63,438 bases of DNA, filler included, from 10 parts of 10 records of this genome joined end to end with filler, not necessarily neighbours in it, one strand, 5' to 3'; shown: positions 30,701 to 43,162, counted from the whole stretch's first letter. Notes: generated by a model from the sequence alone, not told the origin. Program-made: numbers and translations.

Positions 30701-31327
30701 GTAGTACCAATATTCATCCAAACTCCACAAAAAACAGCATAAGACTTGAAAGACAAAAAAGGGGGCGGTAGCGCGCTCAACGAAAAGTTCCATAAACGGG
30801 GGAATTTCCATGACAATTTGATTCGGACCATGTTCCCGCTGCAAATTATTTACAACAGTGTCATCCAGTGACTTGGCGTTCTTATAAAATGACATTTTTT
30901 CTTTTAAGGGTAATTTTACCGCATGAAAATGGGCTCCGTCGTATAAATACTTAATCTTCTGATAATAAAAGTAAATGTCATCAGTATCTCGAGACTTCTT
31001 GAGATCAACCAAATGAAGCATGTTTGAAGTTGGATCTCGCAACCGTACACGATCAGATGCCGCTATGGTGTCGACCTTACTGCAAGTCAACAAACATTTT
31101 ATTCTTATGCTCCAATAACATGTCAGAACAGTCAGTACTTGAAAGAATCCTATAACTGCCGTTATTATGCATCCTGCTAACCAGTGTTCCGTCAAAAGTT
31201 CGTTAGAATACCAAAAGGCAAACCAAACAGAATATATGATACCAAAAGGCATGGCATAAAAATGCAAATAACCAGCACGAGTACGAAAATATTCAATATC
31301 CTTGAAGCTTTCATCCTTGTCCTCCAT
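27737..31327 (-). CDS. ATP13A1: P5A-type ATPase (ER transmembrane-helix translocase); intronless CDS
   Basis: PFFVFQV, LTGESIPQMKE, PPELPIELS, FDKTGTLT, GDPLEKA, KGAPE, MITGDN and GDGTNDVGALK motifs; likely start MEDKDES at 31327. Confidence 0.95.
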   Translation of the reverse strand: MEDKDESFKDIEYFRTRAGYLHFYAMPFGIIYSVWFAFWYSNELLTEHWLAGCIITAVIGFFQVLTVLTCYWSIRIKCLLTCSKVDTIAASDRVRLRDPTSNMLHLVDLKKSRDTDDIYFYYQKIKYLYDGAHFHAVKLPLKEKMSFYKNAKSLDDTVVNNLQREHGPNQIVMEIPPFMELFVERATAPFFVFQVLCCFLWSLDEYWYYSMFTLFMLVTFEVVLVKSQIRNLQEIKKMGNKAYKINILRNKKWKLLSTEDIVPGDIVSITRAVDDSRLVPCDILLLKGQCIVDESLLTGESIPQMKESISEVDTTEDAVLDVDNDHKFHVLFGGTKVVQINTSPTSSSDKSWQFPKAKDGGVTGYALRTHFRTSQGKLLRTILYGVKRVTENNLEAGCVILFLLVFALSASAYVWIKGGENPNRNKYKLLLECILIITSVVPPELPIELSLAVNNSLIALTKIGIFCTEPFRIPFAGKLSTCCFDKTGTLTLDTLKVEGVAFPQSTSSEGEPYSLVSMSDLPLNTIRTMASCHSLAQLNQEGGGGNILIGDPLEKAIISAVEWNVTKNDAVVPSKGKIPGMKIIKRFHFNSTVKRMSTICTYNTPGTSDSTFLVTAKGAPEVLKSKFVVVPDNYDQTYLHFSRQGARVLSMGIKNLGAIGHNEARVMNREEAESELVFAGFLVISCPLKVDSKANVREIIHSSHAVVMITGDNALTACHVAKELGFIGRKREKKNPGILLLQDDDDGLWCWENIGVIDHPHQNKSIIPFQGDSKSPKQIREVLGDYNLCLTGHALSFLAKNYWNHFLAILPCVKVFARVTPKQKELVVNAFKFIGHVTLMVGDGTNDVGALKHANVGVALLSAEIAEKVAKRDEKLNEIKQARRNAVLNQGRPGNNQMNAKIQELMKEMEEEELTVVRLGDASIAAPFTSKGSSIKAVCNIIKQGRCTLVNTLQMFKILAINSLILAYSQSVLYLDGLKYSDSQATIQGLLLAGCFLFISWSKPLPQLSQAKPLPNIFNFYYPLTVLGQFAVHIACLIFLVQKTTVIQNELFPNNSSQEVDNDLINNNGTQNGTMDGGEEVDILDAKFKPSLINTVVYLFATAMEVFTFTVNYKGKPFMIPLLEHKQMLISIVISIVFIISMTTGLMPDIASSLELVALPSTLSYLFVTVLVVDLVGSLIVDRCLLFLTWLISGKS

Positions 31328-32005
31328 CTCTCTAAACAAATAAATTAAATAAATCAATTTTTTGACAAAACATTTAAACATAATGTGTAAAGCCCATAGA
31401 CAAAGAGGATTGTCTATGTCTATGGTAAAGCCTATCATGATAAAAAACATATACATAATATAGATTTGAAATATTAGTAAAGTTAAATTATTAAAAATAA
31501 CTGATGTCTAAATAATTACTACCGTTCATTAATTATCCTTAGCAGAAAAATATGTATCAAATTCACATACATGAGTAATATCAATAACACTGGAATCTCT
31601 AAAAACACCATAATAATAAGATTGTTATTACATACGCATTGAGGCAGCAGTCATTGATGATAAATAATAAGATGGATGTTTAGAACAAACAGTAGCATGT
31701 ACCTTATTAAAACAAAAAATTCTTAACTATACTATAGTAAGCATTTTAGACCAAAAAGTCCCATTAAAAAACTAATACGTAATGCTTGATTCTAACGAGT
31801 AAACAATATACAAAGTAAACATAATATGCTTATTAATAATAACATACACAAAAGTGACATGTTTTAATTCCAAAAACACAAAATTGACATGTTATAATTC
31901 CAAAAAAGTACTAAACGTACAATGTGTATCAACACATACTTACAGTAACCCGACAAATTGTACATATACGAACATAGTTGAAATAAAAAATAAGTTGAGC
32001 GTGAT

Positions 32006-33842
32006 TCATTCAATCAATTTTCCCGAAAGTGGGGTTACCATGAAAGAAGGAGCCGGTTCAGGATCAAAACGGTTTTCAACTTGCGTTAACATAAGAGTTT
32101 CATTAGCAGATGAAGAGGATCTTGGTTTTTTAATACTGGAAATTGTTGATTTATGTGAAAGGCATTTGAATGCTTGAAAAACAAATATCCCAAGTAGCAA
32201 AGCTCCAGACAGGCCAGCTATGATCCAGAGACTTAGCCAACGTTTAACTAAACGGAAACATTCATAATTAAAAAGAACTCAAGGACGTTTCTCACTTACC
32301 AATACTCTTGTCAGGATTTTTTCCATTCGAATAGTTCTTTGCACTGCTGTTATTGTTGCTACCATGATATACCAATTTACCGGTGCACATGGTGTAAAAT
32401 ATTTCATTCGTACAAGTGCCATCCCCCACACCATGCCCCACGTCTCTAATGAACCATTTCAGCTACAAAAATGTTACAACTGCATTGAATTGTGTGTGTA
32501 TCGTTAATACAATGAATTGTAATTAAGTACTAATTAATTAATTAATACCTAATAGATTGTAGTACAATCATTGTACATATGCATAATAAGACTATGGTTA
32601 GTGGCAAATTGCCACTAGTAACAGTAATCTCGTCAAATGTGTTTGAACATTAATGAGGCCAGATTCCCTATACTATAGTGTGCAGTTAACTAATTAATAA
32701 CGATGTTTTAATTTTTGGCCTTCAGTGGGTTTTCATATGCTGTAATGCAAATAGCATAACATTGCTTCTACATATTTACTTGTTAGTAATGAAGATCTCT
32801 ACTAGAGATTCTCTAAGATGACTTATTTGCACGAAGATTTTAAATATAAATTAAATGAAAAAATATGCTATTATAAAACTAGAAATTAAATAAATATTTA
32901 TAAATATAAATACCTTTTATTACATTGATTTTTTATTAAAATACACAAATTACCAAGTTACACTTACATTTCAATTTCAAATTAACATTGTTATTTAGAA
33001 TGAATTTATTATTAATAAATGATATAGTATTTTGGGCATTTCAAGAACATTTTAAATTTAAAATTTATACTGTAACTAATATTTTTCGAATATTTGACCA
33101 TCGTACTACGATCAAACACATTTTGAAATTACACCTACCAAAAGTATGTACGTCAAATTCCGTTTGTAATTGTTGCTATGAATGGTTCCATTAAGATCAA
33201 AAAACCAATTTCTATTGAGGATATTCTGATCTTTCAATTCGGTTACAATAGTAGTACTTTGAGCAACAATGTCGACATAATCCAAAAAAACTGATTCATT
33301 TTCAGTAACATTGCAGAACTCTCGAGGATGCTCTTCAGAAAAATTATAAAGTAGCAACTCATAAGCACCTATATAAGCCTCCTTTTGGGACTGAATATGC
33401 AGCCAATTATTACGAAAGTCATAAACCACGTCTCCACACTCTAAAAAGCTTGATTTCATTTCATATCACTCAAAAAAGTCTCTGAATACCTGAGAGAGTA
33501 CTCCAATGCTTAGTGACACAAAGAGGTATACTTGTTATATTAGCTAGCCTATTTCTGTTCCACACAATGGGACTCATATTCTTCCTAAGGCAAGAGTAGG
33601 TTGTGGTCTGATTGTACCAGCCTACTGTCGTAAGGTTTTCAGATAAGAAGCAACTGAGGTTCAATGTGAGGAGGTTGCCGAAAGTATTTAGTGACTACAA
33701 TATTTATCAAATATCCTATGTGTTAAGTTAACAGTTAGCGATTAAATCAAACAAATCGTACATATTTTGATTGATTTGAGGTTAAATGGTAATAAATAAG
33801 ATTATCGTCATGGATTAAACCTATTCCAAGGCACATCTCTGA
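32006..33842 (-). CDS. Orphan single-pass (type I) membrane glycoprotein, 5' truncated by the gap
   Basis: Exons at about 33842-33761, 33694-33490, 33440-33138, 32463-32300 and 32247-32006 join in frame; many N-x-S/T sites and scattered Cys, one TM segment (WLSLWIIAGLSGALLLGIFVF) and a short cytoplasmic tail. Confidence 0.6.
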
Positions 33843-36189
33843 TCCTAATTTATCTAAAAGTGTTAGAGAAATGATTAGTTTTATTCAAAATTTAAACTTA
33901 TTAAGTATGGTCATCATTATTATGACATAATTTACACCGCATTATTGTATACTAATAAACATTATTAAACTTCTGCTAATAATGTACTATTATGACATTA
34001 TTATAATCATTATAATATAATGTACTATTATGACATAATAATGTACTATTATGACANNNNNNNNNNNNNNNNNNNNNNNNNNNNNNNNNNNNNNNNNNNN
34101 TTAATTAATTAANNNNNNNNNNNNNNNNNNNNNNNNNNNNNNNNNNNNNNNNNNNNTTTTATTCTTTGCTATGTTTCACCACAGTATATGCATATTCTAT
34201 TAAAATGTATATATGCATACAGAGTATACAGAGATTTTAGCAAAAGAATACAAAGTGTATATAGGGAATAGAAAGTGTCAAAAAAATTGAAATTTTTGCA
34301 TACATACTTTATAGATGCTCTTTAAATGAAATGTTTAGCTGAGTACTAATAGGTACTTAAAAATCTCTTAAAAAGTTTTGAAATTTCTTTTGGTAAAAAT
34401 TCTTTAATTGGTTTAAAATTTTTCTTAGATAATTTGACATTTAGATCTCTAAAAATATATTTATTATTTAATATTATATTATTAATAATTAAATTTAAAA
34501 TATTTACTTCAAAAGTTTAACAGTATTAAGTAGTTAATTTTCTTCTTTCTTCTTTAGATAATACATTAAATTACTTCTTAGTAATTTTAAAAATAAAAAT
34601 TGAATATTTTTACTTATATAAAAAATTTCTAAAAAAACTTATAAGCTAGGTACTTAATAGTAACATGTCTTTTGAATAAGTTCAAAACAAAATCTTTTAA
34701 AGGTTTTTAAGACATTAAATATTTTCTGAAGTATTTTTAATTCTATATCAGATAAATCAAATTTAATCTTTAAATCACTGCAAGAATTTAACATAGTTTT
34801 TAATTTATAAGAATCTTTTAAGCATATTAGCAATTGTATTCCATCTAGTTTTACAATTTAATATAAGATTGAACTTATGTTGAACTTTTTTTGTAATATA
34901 AATTTCTATAATAATTTAACAAATATTATAATTATTAATTTTAAAAAATTAATTATTTAAACAATAATTAATATTATTAAAAACTATTTTACTTTGTAAA
35001 AAATTATTTCTAGCCCTATTAAGCATTAAAAATATTTTCTTTGTTAAATACAATTTTAATAATATCTACCTTCTAACTATTATTTAATATTAATACCAGT
35101 AGTTTGTCAAAAATTTTAATATCAAATTTTTATTTTATGTAAATTTTTTTACTTTCTTATATTAGATTACTACTAATTTTATCTTGCTTAGCTTTGAAAT
35201 CTTTATCTTCTTTAGTTAGATCTTTAGATTCTTTAGAAAAATTTTTAACTTTTTTAACAGTTTTCTTAGTAGCATTAAGTTCTAAAGTAGAATTTATATT
35301 TTCTTCAATAGTTAAATTAGAGAAATTTTTTAATTTTTTATTTCTTTTTAGATTTTAAGCAAAAAATTTTCATAATAGCTAAATGTATAATATGTGTAAA
35401 GTAAATTTAATCTTAGTAAGAAATTTATAATTAATTAATTACATAAGCCTTTATTATTTGAAGATTATTAAAATAGGAAATCATTAACATTAATGCCTAT
35501 ATATAATACTTAAACAGTATATATAGTAAAAAAATAAGTATATATTATTGATAATAATTTATTATATTATTAAATTTATAACATAAAAATATCAATTTTT
35601 TCTATTTTGTTATTATAGAAGCTTTATTAGAAATAATAGTCATTATATTAAATTTTAAAATGTTCATTCAAATTCTTTTGACTTTTTACTGATTGCTTTC
35701 AAAATAATATTAGTTATTATAATTTTTAAAACTTTAATTAAGCTCAGATTAATAATTTAAAACTTTTTATTTCTGCTTGCATAAAGAATGATGTTTATGT
35801 ATCTTCTGTTAGATATAAAAGATATTTATTTATTAACTACTAAACTAAATTTTATCTTTATTTTCTTTTTCTTTAAAATAAATTGTAAATAAACTTTAAT
35901 AATATTTTATATATTTTATTAATAGTATTAATTTAATATTCAAAATATATTTCTTAATTTTCTAAAGCTTTTCATAATAAAAAAAAACTATTTTATTCTT
36001 TACTATTACATAATGTTTGGGAATAATAATTTAAAACTTACTATTATCGCCAACATTCTTTAAGAAATGTCAAAAAATATAGCAACAATGCTAAAACTAA
36101 GACCATATATAGCAATTCGAATTTATTTTTTTTCATATAGGTAAAGCTTTGGTCAGTAAAATGCTAAATCATTTAAAATGGAATTATAA

Positions 36190-37216
36190 CTACATAATGT
36201 TCATGTTGTGGCATTTTTAGGCAAATAGAATGGATTTGCCTCTAAAAAAGATGTAATTTTATTAAGAAAGAAATAGAAAAGAAAATAGTATCAATAAAGA
36301 CAATTAAACATTGATACTGAAAGTACAAAAGGGCAAGACTTGAAAACTTTTAAAATTAACCTTGTTGCCCTATTATGATATCTTCTAAAAAAGCATTAAC
36401 TATTTCAAATTTACTGGAAGAGAACAGAAGTATATTTTTCTGTACAATGTTATTTAAAGAAAGAAGATTATGCTAAAGTTTATTCAACCTGAATTCTATT
36501 ATGAAACCATTTCCATACTTACTGATGAAATGACTTCCATACTTACTGATGAAATGCCACAAACAATCATGGCTAAGTCATGATAGCTTTAGTATGCAAG
36601 AGAAATTTTGTCTCTGAAAGAAAAATTTTTCATTGATAACTTGTTCAAATGTTTTATTATTGTTGATGAGACATACATATATGGCTATGGATAAAAAGAT
36701 TTGAAAAAATAATGCAAAACTTTGGAGACAATTTTCAAAGCCATAAAACATTAGTTGGGAAAACTCCACACATACATGTAACATTGTTAACTTTAATGAA
36801 AAATACCACTTTAAGTTCCTGAATCTAAGATAAACTATGAATGCCAAAGTTTACATGAAATTTATTGAAGAAGTTCTAAGAAAGTTTTGTAGAAAAAAAA
36901 TGGCAAAAGACTAAAGGCAAGACTAGCTTTATTAATGCAAGATAATGGATGTCCAGTGAACATTGTCCACATTGTGCAAAAGTTACCAAACAATTTTTGA
37001 CAAACTAAAATGTCCAATCAATCACCCAGTCTTCATATATGAATTTCTGTAATAACAGGATATTCCTTTTTTCAAAAAAAAATGTCCACATGGAATATTT
37101 TGAAACTATTGAAGACATGGAATACAGTTGCCAACTTTGGTGGAAGCTACTAATGCATAATACAAGCATGGGAGCATTTAATAGCCTCATGCTAAAAACA
37201 TTGTTATAAATAAGAG
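36190..37216 (+). mobile_element. Decayed mariner-family (Tc1/mariner) transposase
   Basis: Ordered remnants with stops and frameshifts: IVDETYIYGY at about 36660 (cf. TGDETWIYGY), TMNAKVYMKFIEEVLRKFCRKK at 36834 (cf. TVNAxYY...LR..RKR), LLMQDNGCP at about 36930 (cf. LLHDNARPH), FETIEDM at 37099. Confidence 0.75.
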
Positions 37217-37335
37217 NNNNNNNNNNNNNNNNNNNNNNNNNNNNNNNNNNNNNNNNNNNNTTAATTAATTAANNNNNNNNNNNNNNNNNNNNNNNNNNNN
37301 NNNNNNNNNNNNNNNNTTATTATTAATTCGCTAAA

Positions 37336-37684
37336 ATGGCTATACCGTGTACGATTTTAATGGGTGCTGGATGGGTTTTGTTCATAGTTAGCTTAATTCA
37401 GCGTAGGTAGGAATGCTTATTATTATGTAATATATGAATTTTAATAAGAAATATGAAAATTTGCCAAGTAGGCAGTCAAAGAAAAAGCAAGATGAAGAAC
37501 GTGAAGATGGATCTTATAATGAATCAAGTACGACTTGGTGTTCAATTTGTTAATTCAATTAAGTTAACCCTTTCTAAAGCTACTTATTGATATTTTAGAT
37601 AACAGAGGATTTTTCTCCACTGTCAAAAGGAAAGTCTTGAACAAAGTACAGTCGCCAGATCCTTTCTTCAGGAACCTTCCATGA
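37336..37684 (+). CDS. Putative 70-aa single-pass membrane microprotein (3 exons)
   Basis: Exons 37336-37406, 37472-37527 and 37599-37684 splice in frame: MAIPCTILMGAGWVLFIVSLIQRRQSKKKQDEERE...DPFFRNLP*; not in the ORF track; close to a gap. Confidence 0.5.
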
Positions 37685-37837
37685 AAAGAAGAAATCCGTA
37701 ACTTTCAATAACTGTTAAAGCGATTTTAACCATTTTGTAGAAGAACATAGTTTTATTAATAACCTTGAATGCAATAAAAGTTTTGCAACCCTATTAAATT
37801 TAATACATATATCCTAATAACAGTTGTTTTATTATTA

Positions 37838-38974
37838 TTAATATTTATGCAGTGCCGTACAGTACAATACATATTCTCTATACAAACGATATAATTTCAT
37901 AGTCATTTCCGCATCTTCGAAAGCATCATGCAATTTCTTTTGAATGTCGCTTTGAAACAACATGGATCCCATATGTTTTAATTTCGCTCCTTCAGAATGC
38001 ACAAATAATGTTTGGTAAAAAAGAAGCTTTCGAATATCTACCGAAACAAATGGAGGAAATTCATCAATTTCCAAAACTTTGATATCTGTGTCGATATCAT
38101 GGCCAACAATACACTCAATCCATCGATCACGGAGTATGCTCAGAAATTTTTCTTTGACAAGGGAATGGTCAATCCCACGTTCTTTCAGAAGCGCCCGATC
38201 TATACCAGTAATTGATGTATAAGTATCTACGATAGGATCTTGCGGATCTTCCTTAACGTATTCGTTCATGAGGATTTTGCCCTCAAAATCTACCACGGCA
38301 ATCTGACTAAGGACCACAGGCCTATTTTCAGTTGAAACATGTTCTGTATCAAATGCAATTATTCTAGATGGTTCCACCTGAAAGTGCTCTTCATCTCTAT
38401 GAATTTTGACAATAAAAGTATATACTTTATGTTATTGAAAATGAGTCATTCATTTGATGATCACATGACATGATGTCACTGACGTGAGTCATGTGATCAA
38501 TAAGGCGGAGCTAAGAGCAGGCGCACTGCTATGCAACATGTTCATAGGGAGCAAAACGTTGTTACTCGAATTTTGACAACATTGTGTTAATTAAGTTATT
38601 GCTTTAAGTTATTCAATTAAGCAATAAGTTATTATTAATAATAATGCAATAAATATTAGAAATAGTGACACCTACAATTTAAGTGCATTCATATCGATGC
38701 GTTTTAGCCGATTAACGTCCAATTTAAATGAAAAGTCTGTAGTATGCTGTCTCAGCCTTGCAGACATATTAGCCAGTTTAATTAATTCTTCTCGATTATC
38801 ACCCGTCAATCCCAAACCAAGTAGATCAACCATTGAATTCAAAGCTACAGAATAGTTCATTTATGTTTGCAATTATTATCTTGCAATGCTACAGATATAA
38901 AAAATTAGCACAAGGTACATACTATTATTTACAGATTCTACTGAGGCCGATAATTTCGGAATTGCTCTTCGCAT
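37838..38974 (-). CDS. REXO4/ISG20-like DEDDh 3'-5' exonuclease, paralog D
   Basis: AFDTEH (ExoI), VGHDIDTD (ExoII), LHDAFEDA (ExoIII); upstream exons at about 38974-38923 and 38847-38676 join via a phase-2 intron to 38396; start uncertain. Confidence 0.85.
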
Positions 38975-39648
38975 ATGTGGAAGTTCCTGAACCTTTAGCT
39001 TGTGAATTCCTGAAATATTAAAAATTTCATGTACAATAACATGTATAATATGCATTTTACACTATAATATAACTATATACTAACACATATATTATATTCT
39101 ATATAATCGATATATATTTTATTAAAAATGCTATTATGTAATATTCTATTTTTTTTGGTTTTTGGTACTGTGATTGACCACAAACAAATACTACTACAAA
39201 TGACAAAATACCAAAACGAATCAAGTTCAAAGTTTCGGGTAACAATTTATTCATGTTTAGAACAAGGACAATGCCAAATTACCTAACGAAAAGGAAAACA
39301 ATCAATATAAATTACGATAGTAGGCTGTAGACCAACATAGTTGTTCTAACATTAAAGTTAAACCAAAGAAAAAAATTCCTAAGGAATGATAATCGTATAT
39401 AACAAAGCACAAATAATCAAAATATCATCATTATTAATATTATTCTCGAATATAAATACATATTTATGAATAAACAAAAACAAACAAAACAAAATTGACT
39501 AAGACATCGAAATTTAAATTTTACATTTTGCAATTCAATATTGCTCATTACATCAATGTTTAAAATTATTACATTTTTTAATAATAAATAGATTTTCAAC
39601 AATAAATTAAAGTGATACGTCTTTACATAAAGGAGATTATGTAGTTTT

Positions 39649-40716
39649 TTATAGGTATTTTTGTAAAAATTGCCGGTAATATTTGTAAACTTTCATTGTC
39701 ATAAGTGCATCTTCAGCCTAAAAATAAAACTTTCATTTAAAATACCCTAACATTTATAAATATTTTACCGAATCATGGGCTAAGCCTTTAATCTGGAAAT
39801 TCCGATGATCCCCGCCAGGTATAATCTCTGACAAAACCTTCAAAGAAGGTAAATTCGCTATACACCCACTCAGCATATGATAAAATGTTAATTTCTGGGT
39901 GTCAATGACTAATTTAATCAAGCTAGAATCAACCATTTTTAAAGCCTTCAAATCGTTATGCACTGCATGTCCAATAACAACCCTTCCAGACAGTACACGT
40001 TGCAAATCTAATCTAACTTTATCAAAAGGAACTCCTTTGCTGCGAATATCATATTCAGTTATGCCTGAATATTTGGTTCTGTAATCAGAAATACAAACGC
40101 CTGATGGAGGATAACAAAACTGGTCAAGGACTAGTTCTTCATAGTAATTGACGACGGATACTCTCGCAATGAGATTTAGCCTTTGCCCACCAGAACCATG
40201 TCTTTTACCTTCAACCATTTCGCAGTCTATAGCATAACAGTCATCCTCATTCAAGGTTATGTATTCCCTATCTTCATCGCTAAATAAAAAAGATGTCGTT
40301 ATGAAAACGTAGAAATTCCGAAACATTTCATTCAAAAAGATGTCACCCAATAAAAGCGGCATAATTTATCTCTTCGGTGGATAGAATAGACGGTGAGAAA
40401 TTGCTCAGTTGATTGCTTAGGTCGTTCAGTCTTTCAAAAATAATGCTTAGTTCGGTTGCTTTTTCACTTTTCAATGACGGTAAAAGTGGTTTAGTGTAAG
40501 ACTCATCAACTATAAAAAGAAAAGCCCTTTTTGCTGCATCAGTATACTGTGAAGTGGAAATATCACTCACCTTTTTCGCATATAGATCGTAGCCTTTTTG
40601 ATAAAACATGTAGGCTGTTATTTATTTCTGCCTAAAAGCAACGAAATAAGCTACATAGAACAAAACGGAAAATTATCTATCACCTCTCTCTTCATACATT
40701 CCTTTGGGAATTCCAT
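39649..40716 (-). CDS. REXO4/ISG20-like DEDDh 3'-5' exonuclease, paralog C
   Basis: Five exons: MEFPKECMKRE|AEINNSLHVLSKRLRSICEKV|DESYTKP...FIG|DEDREY...YAIDCEMV...IGHAVHNDLKAL...AHDS|AEDALMTMKVY. Confidence 0.9.
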
Positions 40717-41063
40717 TACCACCTAAATAGAAAAGCTGTATAGATATAAAAACAGCAAGAAGATATCATCATATTTAATACTTAAAATTATATTTTTGCA
40801 TAAAAAATTTGTTAATTTGAAAAATCATTCAAAAACAATTCAGATATTTGGCATTTGAGAGAGTAATAATAACAGTGTTGTAGTAACCTTGTATAATAAC
40901 ATACCATAAACAAATTCATTTGCATTAAAATAAAGCTAATAGAAGATAAACAAAAATTCAAAATAAAAGTTAAAATTCAAGAATCCTACTAAAAATTGTT
41001 AAACTCAATGAAGCAATAAAAAACTGAGGATGTTGCAAAGTTAAAATGAGTTTCTATTAGATT

Positions 41064-43162
41064 TCAATTGACATTCAGGCAATAACAATAAGGCCTTAAA
41101 TGTGGATACAAAGAAGCCACACAACTTGGATTATTCCCATAAGCATTCGTACGACTAATTTCATTTTTACTAATTTTAATGTTCTCTGTTTGTGGATCAT
41201 ACTGAACAGTAGCTTCAAAATGACCATTACCAGGTTCAATGACTATAGAAACTTGATATACCCTTTCAGCGTCAGCTTCATTCAAGCTCATATCAACTTG
41301 ACTTTCAGCTAAATTCATAACATAGTGAAACTTTAAAACTTCCACATTATGAGGAGCCATTTGATAGGCAGATGAAATATTCTTCAACTTTACTTCGGCA
41401 CAAACATTTCTGTGTTCATAAGTTACCAAATTGATATATTGTACAATACCATCAGCACTAGTTTTAATTTGAGATAAATCAGTTCTAACTTTAACCCAAT
41501 TCAAACAGGAACACCAATGTGGAAGAATTCCAGCATCTTCACAAGTTCTATTTGATGGAATAACACTGGAAAATAAACTTAATCCCCTTCTTCTCAAATT
41601 GTCTGGCAAATCCTTGCTCTTCACAAAAAAATCATTCAGTGTTGCATAAATATCAAAGGGCGTGGTTAACTTATGCTGGTTCTTGAGGAAATTCCTCCAC
41701 TCTTTCGGATATTTCTTCTTAAACCAATCTGGTAATCGAATTGCGTAAAAGGGAAGACGCTCATCCATTTTACCCTGAAGGGACTCTCTATAGCCAGAAA
41801 ATCTGTTGCCATGGTCACTCATCATAATCAGTATGGTATTGTTTAAATAACCTTTTTCGTAAAATTCTTTTAAAAATTCATACAATTCATCATCTGCATA
41901 AACTAGATCTGCTGTACTATCATGAGTATATTTTGAAAAAAATGGAAAGGCAAATTTTGGATAATCTAATGGATACTGAAAAAAGAATTCCCTAACATAA
42001 CCTAGCATAACAGACAATTTCGTCTGATACATTTGACAGTATGGATCATTGTAAATGTGTAGTGCTGCTTCAGCAGATTCACTTTCAGTCAGTAAATAAT
42101 AACTTCGCATGTAATGGTCGACTGGTTTTCGCTTAAAACCAAGATTTCTGAATTGAAATGTACCAGCAACAGAACCATCCTCTCCCCAAAGAATGGCATG
42201 TCCATAGAATTTCTTGAGTTTTTTAAATATCCATGGATATTCATCAACATGAACAGCATTTTCAAAGCCTCTTCTTGTTTCAAAAAGCTCACCATTTTTT
42301 ATGCCAGCTAGCAGTGCCATCAAATTGCTCGTTGTGCCATCACCAACAATATTAAAACCTATAACATCGATATATGAAAAATAATACTTATACTAAAAAA
42401 TAAGAAAGATATTATCAAACCTGTCAAAACTTTTCCGCCTAATTTTCCCAAAAAGAAATTACGGCTTTTTGGTAACTGAGTAAGCCAAAGAAACCTTGAA
42501 GCTGAATCTATACCAATAATTAATACAGACATTGGCGTTCTAATTTTTTTATTTCTCTTTGTAAACTTTCTATGGTTATTGACCACTTTAAATAAAGGCT
42601 TGCTTATACCAGCATAATAATTAATAAACTGTTCACCAAAGGAATTGTGGCAATTAGCACGAAAGAAGTCAAAAGGTACAGGCATTTTATCATAGAAAGT
42701 TATTGAATATTTGTCGACAATCCTTGCTTCATAATCTGAAACGTAAAACACGGGATATAGCCTACATCGAATGTCTTCAACTGAGGTCTGATTTTCTGGA
42801 AAATTAAAGTGAATAGCGCCATCTTTTATCTTTAGCCAGTTAATGTCACCGGGATTGCGACTACAATTAAAAGGCGGGTCGCCATGAGTTCTCATCCAAT
42901 GCAAAGACCAGTGTTCATAATAGTTAATAAGTGGATGTCTACAAGTAATATCAGTAAAATCACTTTTTTCTGGAAATAGTTTATAATGAGAATTGAGACG
43001 CTGAACTTCACTTATATCATTGTAATTTAACGATAGCCATAGGGGCAAAGGAACTTCGTAATCTTCTGAGGTAAACTTTTGGACATTTAAAATGACAAAA
43101 AATGGTACACAGATCATAAGGAAGAATTTCAGTGAACATCTTAGCACAAATGAAACTTTCAT
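41064..43162 (-). CDS. DUF229 family (alkaline phosphatase/sulfatase-like fold) type II membrane protein
   Basis: SVLIIGIDSASR, GFNIVGDGTTSNL (across the intron at about 42421-42359), KPVDHYMRSY, THD, MSDHGNRF, ERLPF, KLTTPFDIYATL, RTCEDAGILPHWCSC. Confidence 0.9.

Noticed and set aside
28458-30831. Antisense or alternative-frame ORFs inside ATP13A1 (likewise in CC2D1, DUF229, GT49 and others)
   Set aside because: Shadow ORFs of long coding exons with no independent motifs
31328-31456. Extended ATP13A1 N-terminus given by the ORF track (similar extensions for TMEM104 and CC2D1)
   Set aside because: Runs through an AT-rich polypyrimidine-AG tract, so it is intron or outron sequence
32595-32730. 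Possible SL RNA or snRNA (hairpin TAGTGGCAAATTGCCACTA and Sm-like AATTTTTGG)
   Set aside because: No leader with a donor site or flanking stem-loops; such motifs arise readily in AT-rich introns
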